Below, in pieces: positions 14,851 to 26,499 of a DNA stretch of 31,541 bases (position 1 is the stretch's first letter; every line of letters starts with the position of its first letter). The notes beneath the pieces were generated by a model that did not search any database, was not told the DNA's origin, and was given only the letters and a program-made list of their open reading frames with translations. A program made the position numbers and the translations under genes. The DNA is from an uncultured Candidatus Peribacteria bacterium (GTDB lineage Bacteria; Patescibacteriota; Gracilibacteria; Peribacterales; Peribacteraceae): NCBI GenBank assembly GCA_964640805.1, contig CAZXIO010000004.1:1-31541 (forward strand), given 5' to 3'.

Positions 14851-16251
14851 TCATTTCAGTTTTTTGATCACTTCTCCAATCGAGACCCGCTCCTGCTTCA
14901 GCGTATCGCGGTCACGGATCGTGACCGTATCTTTCTCCCCCTGCGCCGCATCCTCTCCGATTGTTCCGAAGTCGACCGTGATGCATTTGGGCGTGCCGAT
15001 TTCATCCTGCCGGCGGTAGCGTTTGCCGATCGATCCGGTGACGTCAAAATCCACACGAAGATCCGTTTCCTGAATAATTTTGTTGTACAACTCTTGTGCC
15101 TTCGCGATGAGGTGTTCCTTCTTGCTCAGGGGAAGGATTGCCACCTGCACCGGAGCGATCCTCGGGTGCAGATGAAGGACGGTTCGGGTGTCATCACCTT
15201 CCAGTTTTTCCTCATCGTACGCTTCCAGCAGAAGCATCAGAGTCAGGCGTGAAAGACCGAACGTGGGTTCGATCACGTGCGGCAGGAATTTGACCGTGGC
15301 GTCATCCGGATCGGTGTACTGCAGATCCTCGCCCGATTTCTCCATGTGATTTTTGAGGTCGAAGTCCGTGCGATATGCGAGACCGAACATTTCTTTCCAG
15401 CCGAACGGCGTGTGGTACTCCACGTCCGTGCTTTTTTTGGAGTAATGAGCCAATTCATCTTTGGTATGGTCGCGCGTGCGGATGCGATCGGAGGAAAAAC
15501 CCATTTCCTGCACCCAGCTTTTTTGCTCAGCGAGCCAGTAATCAAACCGTGCTTCCCATTCCTCGGCACGCACGAAGTATTCGAACTCCATCAGATCAAA
15601 CTCCAGCGTCCGGAACGTGAAATTGCCCGGCGTGATTTCGTTGCGGAAGGCTTTGCCGACGGAGGCGATGCCGAACGGCAGACGCTTGCGCGTGGTATTG
15701 AGGATATTTTTGAAGTTCACGAACATCGCCTGCGCGATCTCGCCGCGCAGATAAACGACCTGATTATCCGCGTTCTCCAGCGCTCCGAGTGACGTCCTGA
15801 ACAGCAGGTTGAATTTGCGCGCGTCCGTGAGCTCCGTCTTGAGTCCGCATGTGGGGCAGGCGATTTGTTTCTCGCGGATGATCGCGGTCAATTCAGCCGG
15901 AGTCTTCCCTTCCACTTTGATCTCGGGATACGCGTTTTCGATCAGGTGATCCGCACGATGGCGCGACTTGCACTTCTTACAGTCCACCATCGCATCGTTG
16001 AAGTTGGCCACGTGGCCACTGGCTTCCCATACCTTCGGGTTCATCATGATCGCGGCGTCGATGCCCACCATGTCCAGGCGGCCCCGCACAAACCGGCTCC
16101 ACCACCAGTCGGACACGGCCTTCTTCATCTCGGTTCCGAGCGGGCCGTAATCCCAGCTATTGCTTAAGCCTCCGTAAATCTCGGATCCCGGAAAAATGAA
16201 GCCGCGGCGCTTGCAGAGAGAGACGAGCTGATCGAGGGAAGCGGCTGGCAT
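14851..16251 (-). CDS. glyQS: Glycine--tRNA ligase, homodimeric alpha2 (archaeal/eukaryote-like) type
   Basis: SLCKRRGFIFPGSEIYGG, WDYGPLG, motif 2 FRNEITPGNFTFRTLEF, IEPTFGLSR, and the anticodon-binding domain GSIGKRYRRQDEIGTP. Confidence 0.96.
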   Translation of the reverse strand: MPAASLDQLVSLCKRRGFIFPGSEIYGGLSNSWDYGPLGTEMKKAVSDWWWSRFVRGRLDMVGIDAAIMMNPKVWEASGHVANFNDAMVDCKKCKSRHRADHLIENAYPEIKVEGKTPAELTAIIREKQIACPTCGLKTELTDARKFNLLFRTSLGALENADNQVVYLRGEIAQAMFVNFKNILNTTRKRLPFGIASVGKAFRNEITPGNFTFRTLEFDLMEFEYFVRAEEWEARFDYWLAEQKSWVQEMGFSSDRIRTRDHTKDELAHYSKKSTDVEYHTPFGWKEMFGLAYRTDFDLKNHMEKSGEDLQYTDPDDATVKFLPHVIEPTFGLSRLTLMLLLEAYDEEKLEGDDTRTVLHLHPRIAPVQVAILPLSKKEHLIAKAQELYNKIIQETDLRVDFDVTGSIGKRYRRQDEIGTPKCITVDFGTIGEDAAQGEKDTVTIRDRDTLKQERVSIGEVIKKLK

Positions 16252-16374
16252 GGTATGAGAATAGGAAGCAGGACTTGGGAATTAGGACTTAGGAGACCTA
16301 AATACGAGGCATTATTGGCGGTTCTGGCTGTAAATACAAGCCGAGGGGTGGGACTATACTATTTACTAAAAAAG

Positions 16375-16383
16375 TGCTATAAT
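16375..16383 (+). promoter_or_regulatory. Extended -10 box TGcTATAAT, 7 nt before ATG 16391
   Basis: aagTGCTATAATatattaaATG. Confidence 0.7.
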
Positions 16384-16390
16384 ATATTAA

Positions 16391-17752
16391 ATGCAAAACA
16401 CACATTTCCTCACCTATTTCTCGGTTTGGCATCTACTGATTGTCGGCGTCGTGGCGGCCGTGTTGGGATGCGTGGACTTGCAGGCACGGAGAAGGGGAGA
16501 CAAAACGCATTTTTCATTCGGCGTGCTCTTCGGCAGTCTGCTCTCTTTCGGTTTGATATGGATCGGGGAAGCGATGCTCGATAGTACGTCGCAGAACGGG
16601 TACATGCTGGCGTTGGGCCTCGTGCTGCTCGTGATCGTCTGGAACATGCTGTTCGGCGACTGGCAGTACCACACCAAAGCGACGGTCCTCGGGACCTTCC
16701 TGTTCTGGATCATGGTGCACCTGATTGCCGCCAAGACGTCCGATGCGCGCATGGCGCATGTGATTGCGATCGCGGTGGCCGCGATTCCTGCCCTGCTCTG
16801 GTGCGCCATCTTCCTGCCGTATCACCGTGAGCGTCTCAGTGTCGTGCTGACTCTGTTCTTCGCAGGTGCGATGGCCACAATTCCCATCCTCTACTACGAT
16901 GCGCTCGTGCGGCACGGCGTCTCGCTCGATTTCCTGCTTTTCCGCATCGAAACCCAGAGCTTTGGCAGCAGCGCGCATACATTCGTGGGGACGCTGTGGC
17001 CGGGGTTGCCTGTCGTGGGAATGTCGGTGGTTGCGTCGATGGTTACGTTCCTCATCGTGGGATGCATCGAGGAAGGGAGCAAACTCTGGATGCTCCGTAA
17101 GACCGGCTCGCAGGCCATCACCTCGATCGACGATATGATGCAGATGGCCGTGGTGGTGGCGATCGGCTTCGCATTCGCCGAGAATGTGACGCCCACGGGC
17201 TACTTCGTGGGATTCGTCCAGCAGTACCTGATGCGGCCCGAGGGAGCGGACTGGCTGGGGTTCGTCGGCAATGTCACGGGCAGGTCGGTTCTCACGAGTA
17301 TGGTGCACATCGTCAGCACCGGCACGGCGGGCTACTTCCTCGGCCTCGCCGCGTTTGCACAGCCGCTCCTGCAGGAGGGCGAACGCGCAGGATACCGTCA
17401 CCCGCTGCTCAAGGCGCTGCACAGGCTCTTTGGCACCCGCGAGACGGACATCTTCCGTCGCGAAATGATCGCGATTGGATTTGTGATCGCGCTCTCGCTC
17501 CACGCGTTTTGCAACTTCCTCGTCACGTTGCCGGATATCCTCCCCGGCAACCCGCGCACGCTCGGCGACCTGCTGCACTCGCCGGCCGGATCGCCCTTCC
17601 ACATGCTCTCGCTCCTGCTCGTGCCCACGTTGCTCTACGTCGTGGGAGGGTTCGCATTGCTCACGACGCTCCTCGGCAGGAAAGAAAACATGAAGGAACG
17701 CGGTTACGTGAAGCTCACCGAGACCTTCGGAGCGGCGGAAGTGCCGTCGTGA
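16391..17752 (+). CDS. PrsW family intramembrane metalloprotease with an extra N-terminal membrane domain
   Basis: Multiple TM helices; GCIEEGSK (EE..K), GFAFAEN, HIVSTG and LHAFCNF motifs. Confidence 0.88.
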   Translation: MQNTHFLTYFSVWHLLIVGVVAAVLGCVDLQARRRGDKTHFSFGVLFGSLLSFGLIWIGEAMLDSTSQNGYMLALGLVLLVIVWNMLFGDWQYHTKATVLGTFLFWIMVHLIAAKTSDARMAHVIAIAVAAIPALLWCAIFLPYHRERLSVVLTLFFAGAMATIPILYYDALVRHGVSLDFLLFRIETQSFGSSAHTFVGTLWPGLPVVGMSVVASMVTFLIVGCIEEGSKLWMLRKTGSQAITSIDDMMQMAVVVAIGFAFAENVTPTGYFVGFVQQYLMRPEGADWLGFVGNVTGRSVLTSMVHIVSTGTAGYFLGLAAFAQPLLQEGERAGYRHPLLKALHRLFGTRETDIFRREMIAIGFVIALSLHAFCNFLVTLPDILPGNPRTLGDLLHSPAGSPFHMLSLLLVPTLLYVVGGFALLTTLLGRKENMKERGYVKLTETFGAAEVPS

Positions 17753-17868
17753 TCGGTGTTCATTCATTCCTCCAGCCATTGCGGGTTGCATGCGAAGCAC
17801 GACAGATTGTTGGTGTCATCCCCCACTCGTGGTATAGGATAACCCCCTGCGCTTTCCCGCGTACTTCA

Positions 17869-19590
17869 ATGCACATTGTCCGGCTGCCGGCTGATCAACG
17901 TCTGATACGTCTCCTGATCGTTTTCGTCATCAGCTTCTTCGTCGCGTTTGCGCCGATCGTGCAGTTACCGGTGCTTGCGGCGCCCCCGGCACAGGCGCTC
18001 ACGAACGCCGTGCCTCCGACACAGGCGCTCACGAACGCCGTGCTTCCCGCCGCGATGCAGGTGCTGCAGGTGTCCGAGACGGCGTCGGTTTCGCGAGGGG
18101 AGTTCCTGCGCGCCGCGATGAAAGTACTCGAGATGCCGCTCGAGAAAGGCAGGCGCACTCTTCCGTACAAAGGTGTTTCATCGGTGCTCCGCGCATACGT
18201 GCAGACGGCCGATACCATGGGTGCGTTGTCCGCGTTCGGGAAGAATCTCCAGCTGAGCAAGGCCATCACGCGCGGAGAGGCGATTGTGCTGCTCATGAAA
18301 CTGCAGAGCGTGACGCCCGCGGATACGAAAACCGCGAAGAATTTTTCGGATGTGCGCGGGGAAGACATGACGAATGCCGTGGCTCTGGCGCTCGAGAAAA
18401 ACTGGTTGCGTGCGCAGAGCGAGAAGCAATTCGGCGTCGGCCAGATTCTGAAAGGCAAGGAAGCGATTCTGCTCCTGCAGCGCATCATCCGGGTGCCTGC
18501 GACGGCGAATCCCGGTTCGATCAAGATCACCATCCCCATTACGGGCAAGTCGCAACGGACGCTTCCCAAGGAAGACATCCTCCGTGCCGTGTACCAGATG
18601 CTGAGTGAGGATTACCTGCATCCCGAGAAGCTGGACGCCACCAAGGCGATGCAGAAATCCATCCAGTCCTTTGTGGGGAGCCTGAACGATCCGTACACCG
18701 TGTACATGCCTCTGTCGTCGGCGCAAAATTTCCAGAATCAGCTGAAAGGCGAACTGGAAGGCATCGGCGCCACCATCGAGCAGACGGGCGGTTCGATCAT
18801 CATCGTTTCCCCGCTGCGGAGCTCGCCGGCCGAACGCGCTGGGTTGCTCCCTAAAGATCAGATCCTGATGGTGGATGACGTGTCGACCGCAGGTCTGAGC
18901 CTCGATGAAGCCGTCTCGAAAATCCGCGGTCCCAAGGGCACCACGGTTAAACTGCACATCCGTCGTGAGGGAGGAGAGCTGGATGTGTCGGTCGTGCGCG
19001 AGAAAATCACCATTCCCGAAGTGGAAATCACGATGCAGGAGGGGATCGCGATCGTAAAACTGCTGCAGTTTGGCCAGACAACCGATACGGCGCTGCGGGT
19101 AAAAATGAAGGATCTGCAGAGCCAGAATGTGAAAGGCATCATCCTCGATTTGCGCAACAATCCCGGCGGCCTGCTCCACGCCGCGGGCGTCGTGTCGGGA
19201 TTCTTCCTTCCCAAGGGCAGCGCATACGTAACCATCCGCGCGCGCGACGAAACGCACAGCGAATTCACCGAAGAGGATCCCATCGTCACCACCACTCCCG
19301 TCGTTGTTCTCGTGAACGCCGGCTCGGCGAGCGCATCGGAAATCGTTGCAGGCGCCCTGAAGGATGCCAAGCGCGCACGCATCGTTGGCGAGAAAACATT
19401 CGGCAAAGGCACGGTGCAGCAGGTAGTGCAGTTCACGGACGGCAGCAGCCTGAAGATGACGATCGCGGAGTGGCGCACGCCGAACGGGAACGTGATCGAC
19501 GGCGCGGGCGTGATGCCGGATGAGGTTGTGAAGCAGGACCAGGGGGCGCGCGACGATCAGATGCTCCGTGCTCTGGAGATTCTGCGGTGA
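17869..19590 (+). CDS. S41 C-terminal processing peptidase (CtpA/Prc) with N-terminal SLH-like domains and PDZ
   Basis: Signal/TM segment; SLH-like VSRGEF and ITRGEA; LNDPYT; PDZ EGIGATI; IILDLRNNPGG; catalytic NAGSASASEIVAGAL and TFGKGTVQ. Start set at MHIVRL (the ORF-track upstream extension overlaps prsW). Confidence 0.92.
   Translation: MHIVRLPADQRLIRLLIVFVISFFVAFAPIVQLPVLAAPPAQALTNAVPPTQALTNAVLPAAMQVLQVSETASVSRGEFLRAAMKVLEMPLEKGRRTLPYKGVSSVLRAYVQTADTMGALSAFGKNLQLSKAITRGEAIVLLMKLQSVTPADTKTAKNFSDVRGEDMTNAVALALEKNWLRAQSEKQFGVGQILKGKEAILLLQRIIRVPATANPGSIKITIPITGKSQRTLPKEDILRAVYQMLSEDYLHPEKLDATKAMQKSIQSFVGSLNDPYTVYMPLSSAQNFQNQLKGELEGIGATIEQTGGSIIIVSPLRSSPAERAGLLPKDQILMVDDVSTAGLSLDEAVSKIRGPKGTTVKLHIRREGGELDVSVVREKITIPEVEITMQEGIAIVKLLQFGQTTDTALRVKMKDLQSQNVKGIILDLRNNPGGLLHAAGVVSGFFLPKGSAYVTIRARDETHSEFTEEDPIVTTTPVVVLVNAGSASASEIVAGALKDAKRARIVGEKTFGKGTVQQVVQFTDGSSLKMTIAEWRTPNGNVIDGAGVMPDEVVKQDQGARDDQMLRALEILR
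17990..18043 (+). repeat. 30-bp tandem duplication in the S41 peptidase (QALTNAV twice)
   Basis: cacaggcgctcacgaacgccgtgc is identical at 17990-18013 and 18020-18043. Confidence 0.9.
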
Positions 19591-19591
19591 A

Positions 19592-21762
<2,171 letters not shown>

Positions 21763-21773
21763 TTCGCGTTGCA

Positions 21774-21795
21774 GGGGCGTAGCATGCTACGCCCC
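21774..21795. repeat. Perfect 22-bp palindrome, resembling a GTAG-family REP, between atpD and atpC
   Basis: GGGGCGTAGCATGCTACGCCCC, flanked by gca- and -aac. Confidence 0.75.
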
Positions 21796-21816
21796 AACGA
21801 TCATCCATTTATCATT

Positions 21817-22227
21817 ATGTTGCACCTCGAGATCATCACGCCGGATCAGACCATCTACGAGGGCCAAGCCGACTCGGTGACGCTGCAGACCACCGACGGC
21901 GAGATTACGGTGCTGCGAGGGCATGTGCCGCTTCTGACGACGCTCGCGCCCGGCGTTGCGATCATTCATCACGGCGATACCGAGTACCTGTTTGCGCTTT
22001 CGGGCGGAACGATCGAAGTGGACGCGACCACGGTCCGCGTGCTGGCACGCACGGCCGATCCCGCCGAAGGGCTGGAAGAAGCAGAGATTGAAAAGGCAAA
22101 AGCTGCGGCGGAGAAGCTTGTGTCCGAGCGTCGCGGCGATGCCGAAGGCTTCGCGGACGCTACCGCCATCCTTGACCGTGAACTTGCGAGGCTCAAGACC
22201 GTACGGCGCAGACGACCGCGTCGCTGA
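21817..22227 (+). CDS. atpC: F1 ATP synthase epsilon subunit
   Basis: MLHLEIITPDQ, GEITVLRGHVP, SGGTIEV, and a basic C-terminal helix. Confidence 0.95.
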   Translation: MLHLEIITPDQTIYEGQADSVTLQTTDGEITVLRGHVPLLTTLAPGVAIIHHGDTEYLFALSGGTIEVDATTVRVLARTADPAEGLEEAEIEKAKAAAEKLVSERRGDAEGFADATAILDRELARLKTVRRRRPRR

Positions 22228-22257
22228 AAAAGAGGGACTGTCGCTCATGTCACTCTT

Positions 22258-22266
22258 TGCTATGAT
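22258..22266 (+). promoter_or_regulatory. Extended -10 box TGcTATGAT, 6 nt before ATG 22273 (internal atp promoter)
   Basis: ttTGCTATGATgctcccATG. Confidence 0.55.
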
Positions 22267-22272
22267 GCTCCC

Positions 22273-22716
22273 ATGTCTTTGTACGTGCGTCATCGGCACA
22301 AGGCACGGCCTCCCGTATCGCTCTCGCTGGCGTCCGACGACCACCGGATTCACGACTTTGCTCCCATGCATCCCGACGCCGCAGCCTCTGACAACTCCGC
22401 TCCCGCGCCGGATCCCGTGCCTTCGGGCCCGCGCATGTCCCACGTCGTCACGTCCCGCAAGCGCCGCAAGACGGGTGAAATTTCGCACCTGCGCGCGATC
22501 GGGCTTGCTGGCCAGGTCGGGTGGGTGATTGCCATTCCCGCGGTGCTCTTCGGTTTCGGCGGCGCGTATCTCGATAAGTATCTGAACACTTCACCAGCAT
22601 TCATGTCACTGGGCCTCCTCATTGCATTCGGCAGCTCCGTCATGGCCGTGAAGAAGATGATCGAGCAGATCACGGAGCCGGAACGCCGAAGGGAAGAGGA
22701 AAAGAAAGAACAATAA
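22273..22716 (+). CDS. atpI: AtpZ/AtpI family (ATPase gene 1) membrane protein with a disordered N-terminal extension
   Basis: GLAGQVGWVIAIPAVLFGFGGAYLDKYLNTSPAF has two TM helices with the LD signature; it lies directly upstream of atpB. Confidence 0.8.
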   Translation: MSLYVRHRHKARPPVSLSLASDDHRIHDFAPMHPDAAASDNSAPAPDPVPSGPRMSHVVTSRKRRKTGEISHLRAIGLAGQVGWVIAIPAVLFGFGGAYLDKYLNTSPAFMSLGLLIAFGSSVMAVKKMIEQITEPERRREEEKKEQ

Positions 22717-22823
22717 ATGTGTTCAAAAAATTCGTCGGTGATCCATTATGCTGGGCAGCGCCCGACCATGAGTGCGCTCTTAGAGCATTGACTTTTGTCT
22801 GTTCTTTACTCACGCTTTGGGGC

Positions 22824-23597
22824 ATGGCAGCAACAATTCACGCACCGACTCTCGCATCCGAAACGATCGCCCACATCGGCAGTTTCCCCATCCGGAACAC
22901 GATGGTGATGGCGTGGGTGGCGACTGCGGTTCTGATCTTCATCGCCGCGTCCGCGAAATCCGCCGGATTCAAACTCATTCCGGGGCGTTTTCAGGCTCTG
23001 CTTGAGATGATCATTGAGGGACTCTTCGATTTCTTCGATTCCATTCTTCAAAATACCAAGAAAACAAAGGCTCTCTATCCGTTCGTCGCGACCCTTTTCC
23101 TGTTCATCCTCCTGTCCAATTGGATGGGCATTCTGCCCGGCGTGGGGAGCATTATGGTGCATACCAAAGAGGGGGCGCTCCCGCTCCTCAGGTCCATGAA
23201 TGCCGATGTGAACGTGACACTCGTGTTCGCGTCCATTTCCATCATCGTGGCGCAGGTGCTTGGAGTGATGAGCCTGGGGATTTTGCCTCATCTCGGCAAG
23301 TACTTCGTGATGCCGTGGCAGAAGCCGTATGGCATCGGCACGTTCGTGGGATTACTCGAATTCGTGGGAGAATTCACGCGCGTCGTCTCGTTCAGCTTCC
23401 GTCTGTTCGGCAACATATTCGCAGGTGAGGTGCTGCTCGTCGTTGTGTCTTCTTTGGTGCCATACATCGTGCCGACTCCCTTCTATGGGCTCGAGATTTT
23501 CGTGGGGTTCATCCAGGCGCTTGTGTTTGCGATGCTTACCCTCGTGTTCATCTCCATGGCCTCAGCCGCGCATGGTGATCATGAAGCGGCTCATTGA
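22824..23597 (+). CDS. atpB: Fo ATP synthase subunit a
   Basis: PGRFQALLEM, FLFILLSNWMGILPG, and the conserved Arg in SFSFRLFGNIFAGE, plus FIQALVF. Start set at MAATIHA. Confidence 0.95.
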   Translation: MAATIHAPTLASETIAHIGSFPIRNTMVMAWVATAVLIFIAASAKSAGFKLIPGRFQALLEMIIEGLFDFFDSILQNTKKTKALYPFVATLFLFILLSNWMGILPGVGSIMVHTKEGALPLLRSMNADVNVTLVFASISIIVAQVLGVMSLGILPHLGKYFVMPWQKPYGIGTFVGLLEFVGEFTRVVSFSFRLFGNIFAGEVLLVVVSSLVPYIVPTPFYGLEIFVGFIQALVFAMLTLVFISMASAAHGDHEAAH

Positions 23598-23605
23598 AGC
23601 CTTGA

Positions 23606-24022
<417 letters not shown>

Positions 24023-24064
24023 TCCCTCTGTACGTCCGCCTCCGGCGGGCTACTCGATCTGACA
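24023..24064. repeat. Degenerate REP-like element between atpE and atpF
   Basis: Inner hairpin ccgcc-tcc-ggcgg, ending CTCG-atc-TGACA like the CTC[AG]-nnn-TGAC ends at 10784-10794 and 14760-14770. Confidence 0.45.
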
Positions 24065-24077
24065 ATACCCCTCCTCT

Positions 24078-24584
24078 ATGGAATTGCTTACAACTCTCGG
24101 CATCGACTGGCAGGTGATGCTGGCGCAGGCCATCAACTTCGGCATTCTGATCGTTGCTCTCTCGTACCTCCTCTATAAGCCCGTTTTGCGGCTTCTCGAT
24201 GATCGCCGCGAGCGCATCCGCAAGTCGATGGAAGACGCCAAGCACATCGAGAACCAGAAGCGCGAACTGGATACGCTGAAGCAAGAGCGCATCCGTACTG
24301 CCGATCGGGAGGCATCGGCGATTCTGGAGCAGGCGAAGGGTCACGCAGAATCGATGAAGAAAGACATCATCGCGGGCGCCGAGAGGGAGGCGCATCAGAT
24401 TCTTACCAAAGCCAAGCAGCAGGCCGATGACGAGCGCGGACGCGTGCTCTCGGGTGCGCAGGAGACGCTGGCGAAAGTAATCATCAAAATGTCCGAGAAA
24501 ATCATCGAGAGAGAATTCACGTCCGACGATCAGAAGCGAATTCTTGCGCACGTGCAGAAAGATCTCCCCGCGATTCTGCAATGA
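24078..24584 (+). CDS. atpF: Fo ATP synthase subunit b
   Basis: LGIDWQVMLAQAINFGIL...LLYKPVLRLLDDRRERI followed by a coiled coil. Confidence 0.94.
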   Translation: MELLTTLGIDWQVMLAQAINFGILIVALSYLLYKPVLRLLDDRRERIRKSMEDAKHIENQKRELDTLKQERIRTADREASAILEQAKGHAESMKKDIIAGAEREAHQILTKAKQQADDERGRVLSGAQETLAKVIIKMSEKIIEREFTSDDQKRILAHVQKDLPAILQ

Positions 24585-24946
24585 CGCTGACACCCGATAC
24601 AATGCAGGCTCTCGTGCAGCTCAGCAAAACGATGCCCAACAGCGATCAGTTTCTGCAGAGAATCGTGCACGGGCTTGCAGCCGAGATGCGTGACGAGAAA
24701 TCAGTTCTTGCGGTGGTGATCACGACGCCGACGGGCGACAGTGGCGAATTCCGCACAATCGTGGAAAAGCTTTTCGCCGGCAAAACACATCATCCCGTGC
24801 AGATCACGGAGCGCGCGGATCCCGCGATGCTTGGGGGGGTCATCCTCACCTTCGGCGATGAGCAGGTCGACCTGAGCGTGCGTGCGTCCCTCTCGCAGGC
24901 AGCCCACGCCATCGCCGGCCAGCATTTTTCACCAATCCGATCATGA
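24581..24946 (+). CDS. atpH: ATP synthase delta subunit, short form (mainly the C-terminal domain)
   Basis: AVVITT...[25 protein letters not shown]. It lies between atpF and atpA with ATGA overlaps at both ends. Confidence 0.8.
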   Translation: MTLTPDTMQALVQLSKTMPNSDQFLQRIVHGLAAEMRDEKSVLAVVITTPTGDSGEFRTIVEKLFAGKTHHPVQITERADPAMLGGVILTFGDEQVDLSVRASLSQAAHAIAGQHFSPIRS

Positions 24947-26469
24947 CACTCAGCACCGATTTAGTCGCAGCTCTCGAAAAGCAGATTTCCGGATTCCGGA
25001 AAGAAGTGCATCAGGAGCACGTGGGAATCGTCAGTGAAATCGGCGACGGCATCGCCAAAATCGAGGGTCTCTCCCGCCTCGGCTCCGCCGAAATGATCGA
25101 CTTCGGCAACGGAGTCATCGGAAGCGCACTCAACCTTGGCCATGATTCGGTGGGCGCCATCGTGTTCGGCGATTATCAGAAGATCAAGCAGGGCGACACG
25201 GTGCGCGCCATGGGGCAGGTGCTCTCGGTTCCGGTGGGCGACGAGCTCATCGGCAGAGTCGTCTCGCCGCTCGGCGTTGCCAAGGACGGGGGGCCCGCCA
25301 TTTCCTCGAAGCAACTCTACCCCGTGGAGAAAATCGCCCCCGGCGTCATCGTCCGCAAATCCGTTGGCGTGCCGCTTCAGACGGGTATCAAGGCCATCGA
25401 CGCGATGATCCCGATCGGCCGTGGCCAGCGCGAGCTCATCATCGGTGACCGCCAGACAGGCAAAACTGCAGTCGCGCTCGACGCGATCATCAACCAGCGT
25501 TCCACACAGCAGACGGATCGTCCCGTGATCTGCGTGTACGTTGCGATCGGACAGAAAGAATCCAAAGTGGCCAAAATCGTCTCGGAACTTCGCAAGCATG
25601 GAGCCATGGACTACACCATCGTCGTCTCGGCCGGAGCATCGGAACCCGCGGCACTCAGCTACATCGCCCCTTTTGCGGGCTGCGCGATGGCCGAGTACTT
25701 CCTCGACAAGGGCATGGATGTGCTCTGTGTGTACGACGATCTCAGCCGCCACGCGTGGGCGTACCGTCAGATCTCGCTCCTTCTGCGCCGTCCTCCCGGT
25801 CGCGAGGCCTACCCCGGCGACGTGTTTTACCTCCACTCGCGCCTCCTCGAACGCGCCGTGTGTCTCGATGAAAAACACGGAGGAGGATCCATCACCGCTC
25901 TGCCCATCATCGAGACGCAGGCCGGTGACGTCTCCGCGTACATTCCCACGAACGTCATCTCGATCACCGACGGTCAGATCTTCCTGGAGTCTGATCTGTT
26001 CTACAAAGGCATCCGCCCCGCGATCAATGCCGGTATCTCCGTCTCGCGCGTCGGTTCCGCTGCGCAGGTGAAATCGATGAAGAAAGTGGCGGGAAAACTC
26101 CGCCTCGACCTCGCCCAGTACCGCGAACTCGCGGTGTTCGCCCAGTTCGGATCCGATCTCGACTCTGCAACGAAGAAGCAGCTCGATCGCGGCGCGCGTT
26201 TGACGGAAATCCTCAAACAAGATCAGTACAAGCCCGCCGCCGTGGCGGAGCAGGTTGCCATCCTCTACGCCGCCGTGAACGGGCATCTGGATCAGATTCC
26301 GGTGGAACAGGTGGGTGCGTTCGAGCAGGAACTTTCGCAGGCGATCAATGCACGGGCGGAGCTCTTTGCCGCGCTCGGCAAAGAAATCACCAAAGAAGCC
26401 GAGCAGGAACTTATTCGGCTGCTTGATTCGCTCAAGGAACGGAGAGGTTTTACGACTGAGCAGAAGTAG
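24943..26469 (+). CDS. atpA: F1 ATP synthase alpha subunit
   Basis: [53 protein letters not shown] and GISVSRVG. Confidence 0.97.
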   Translation: MTLSTDLVAALEKQISGFRKEVHQEHVGIVSEIGDGIAKIEGLSRLGSAEMIDFGNGVIGSALNLGHDSVGAIVFGDYQKIKQGDTVRAMGQVLSVPVGDELIGRVVSPLGVAKDGGPAISSKQLYPVEKIAPGVIVRKSVGVPLQTGIKAIDAMIPIGRGQRELIIGDRQTGKTAVALDAIINQRSTQQTDRPVICVYVAIGQKESKVAKIVSELRKHGAMDYTIVVSAGASEPAALSYIAPFAGCAMAEYFLDKGMDVLCVYDDLSRHAWAYRQISLLLRRPPGREAYPGDVFYLHSRLLERAVCLDEKHGGGSITALPIIETQAGDVSAYIPTNVISITDGQIFLESDLFYKGIRPAINAGISVSRVGSAAQVKSMKKVAGKLRLDLAQYRELAVFAQFGSDLDSATKKQLDRGARLTEILKQDQYKPAAVAEQVAILYAAVNGHLDQIPVEQVGAFEQELSQAINARAELFAALGKEITKEAEQELIRLLDSLKERRGFTTEQK

Positions 26470-26499
26470 AGTCTTCACCGGTTCACCGATTCATTCGAT

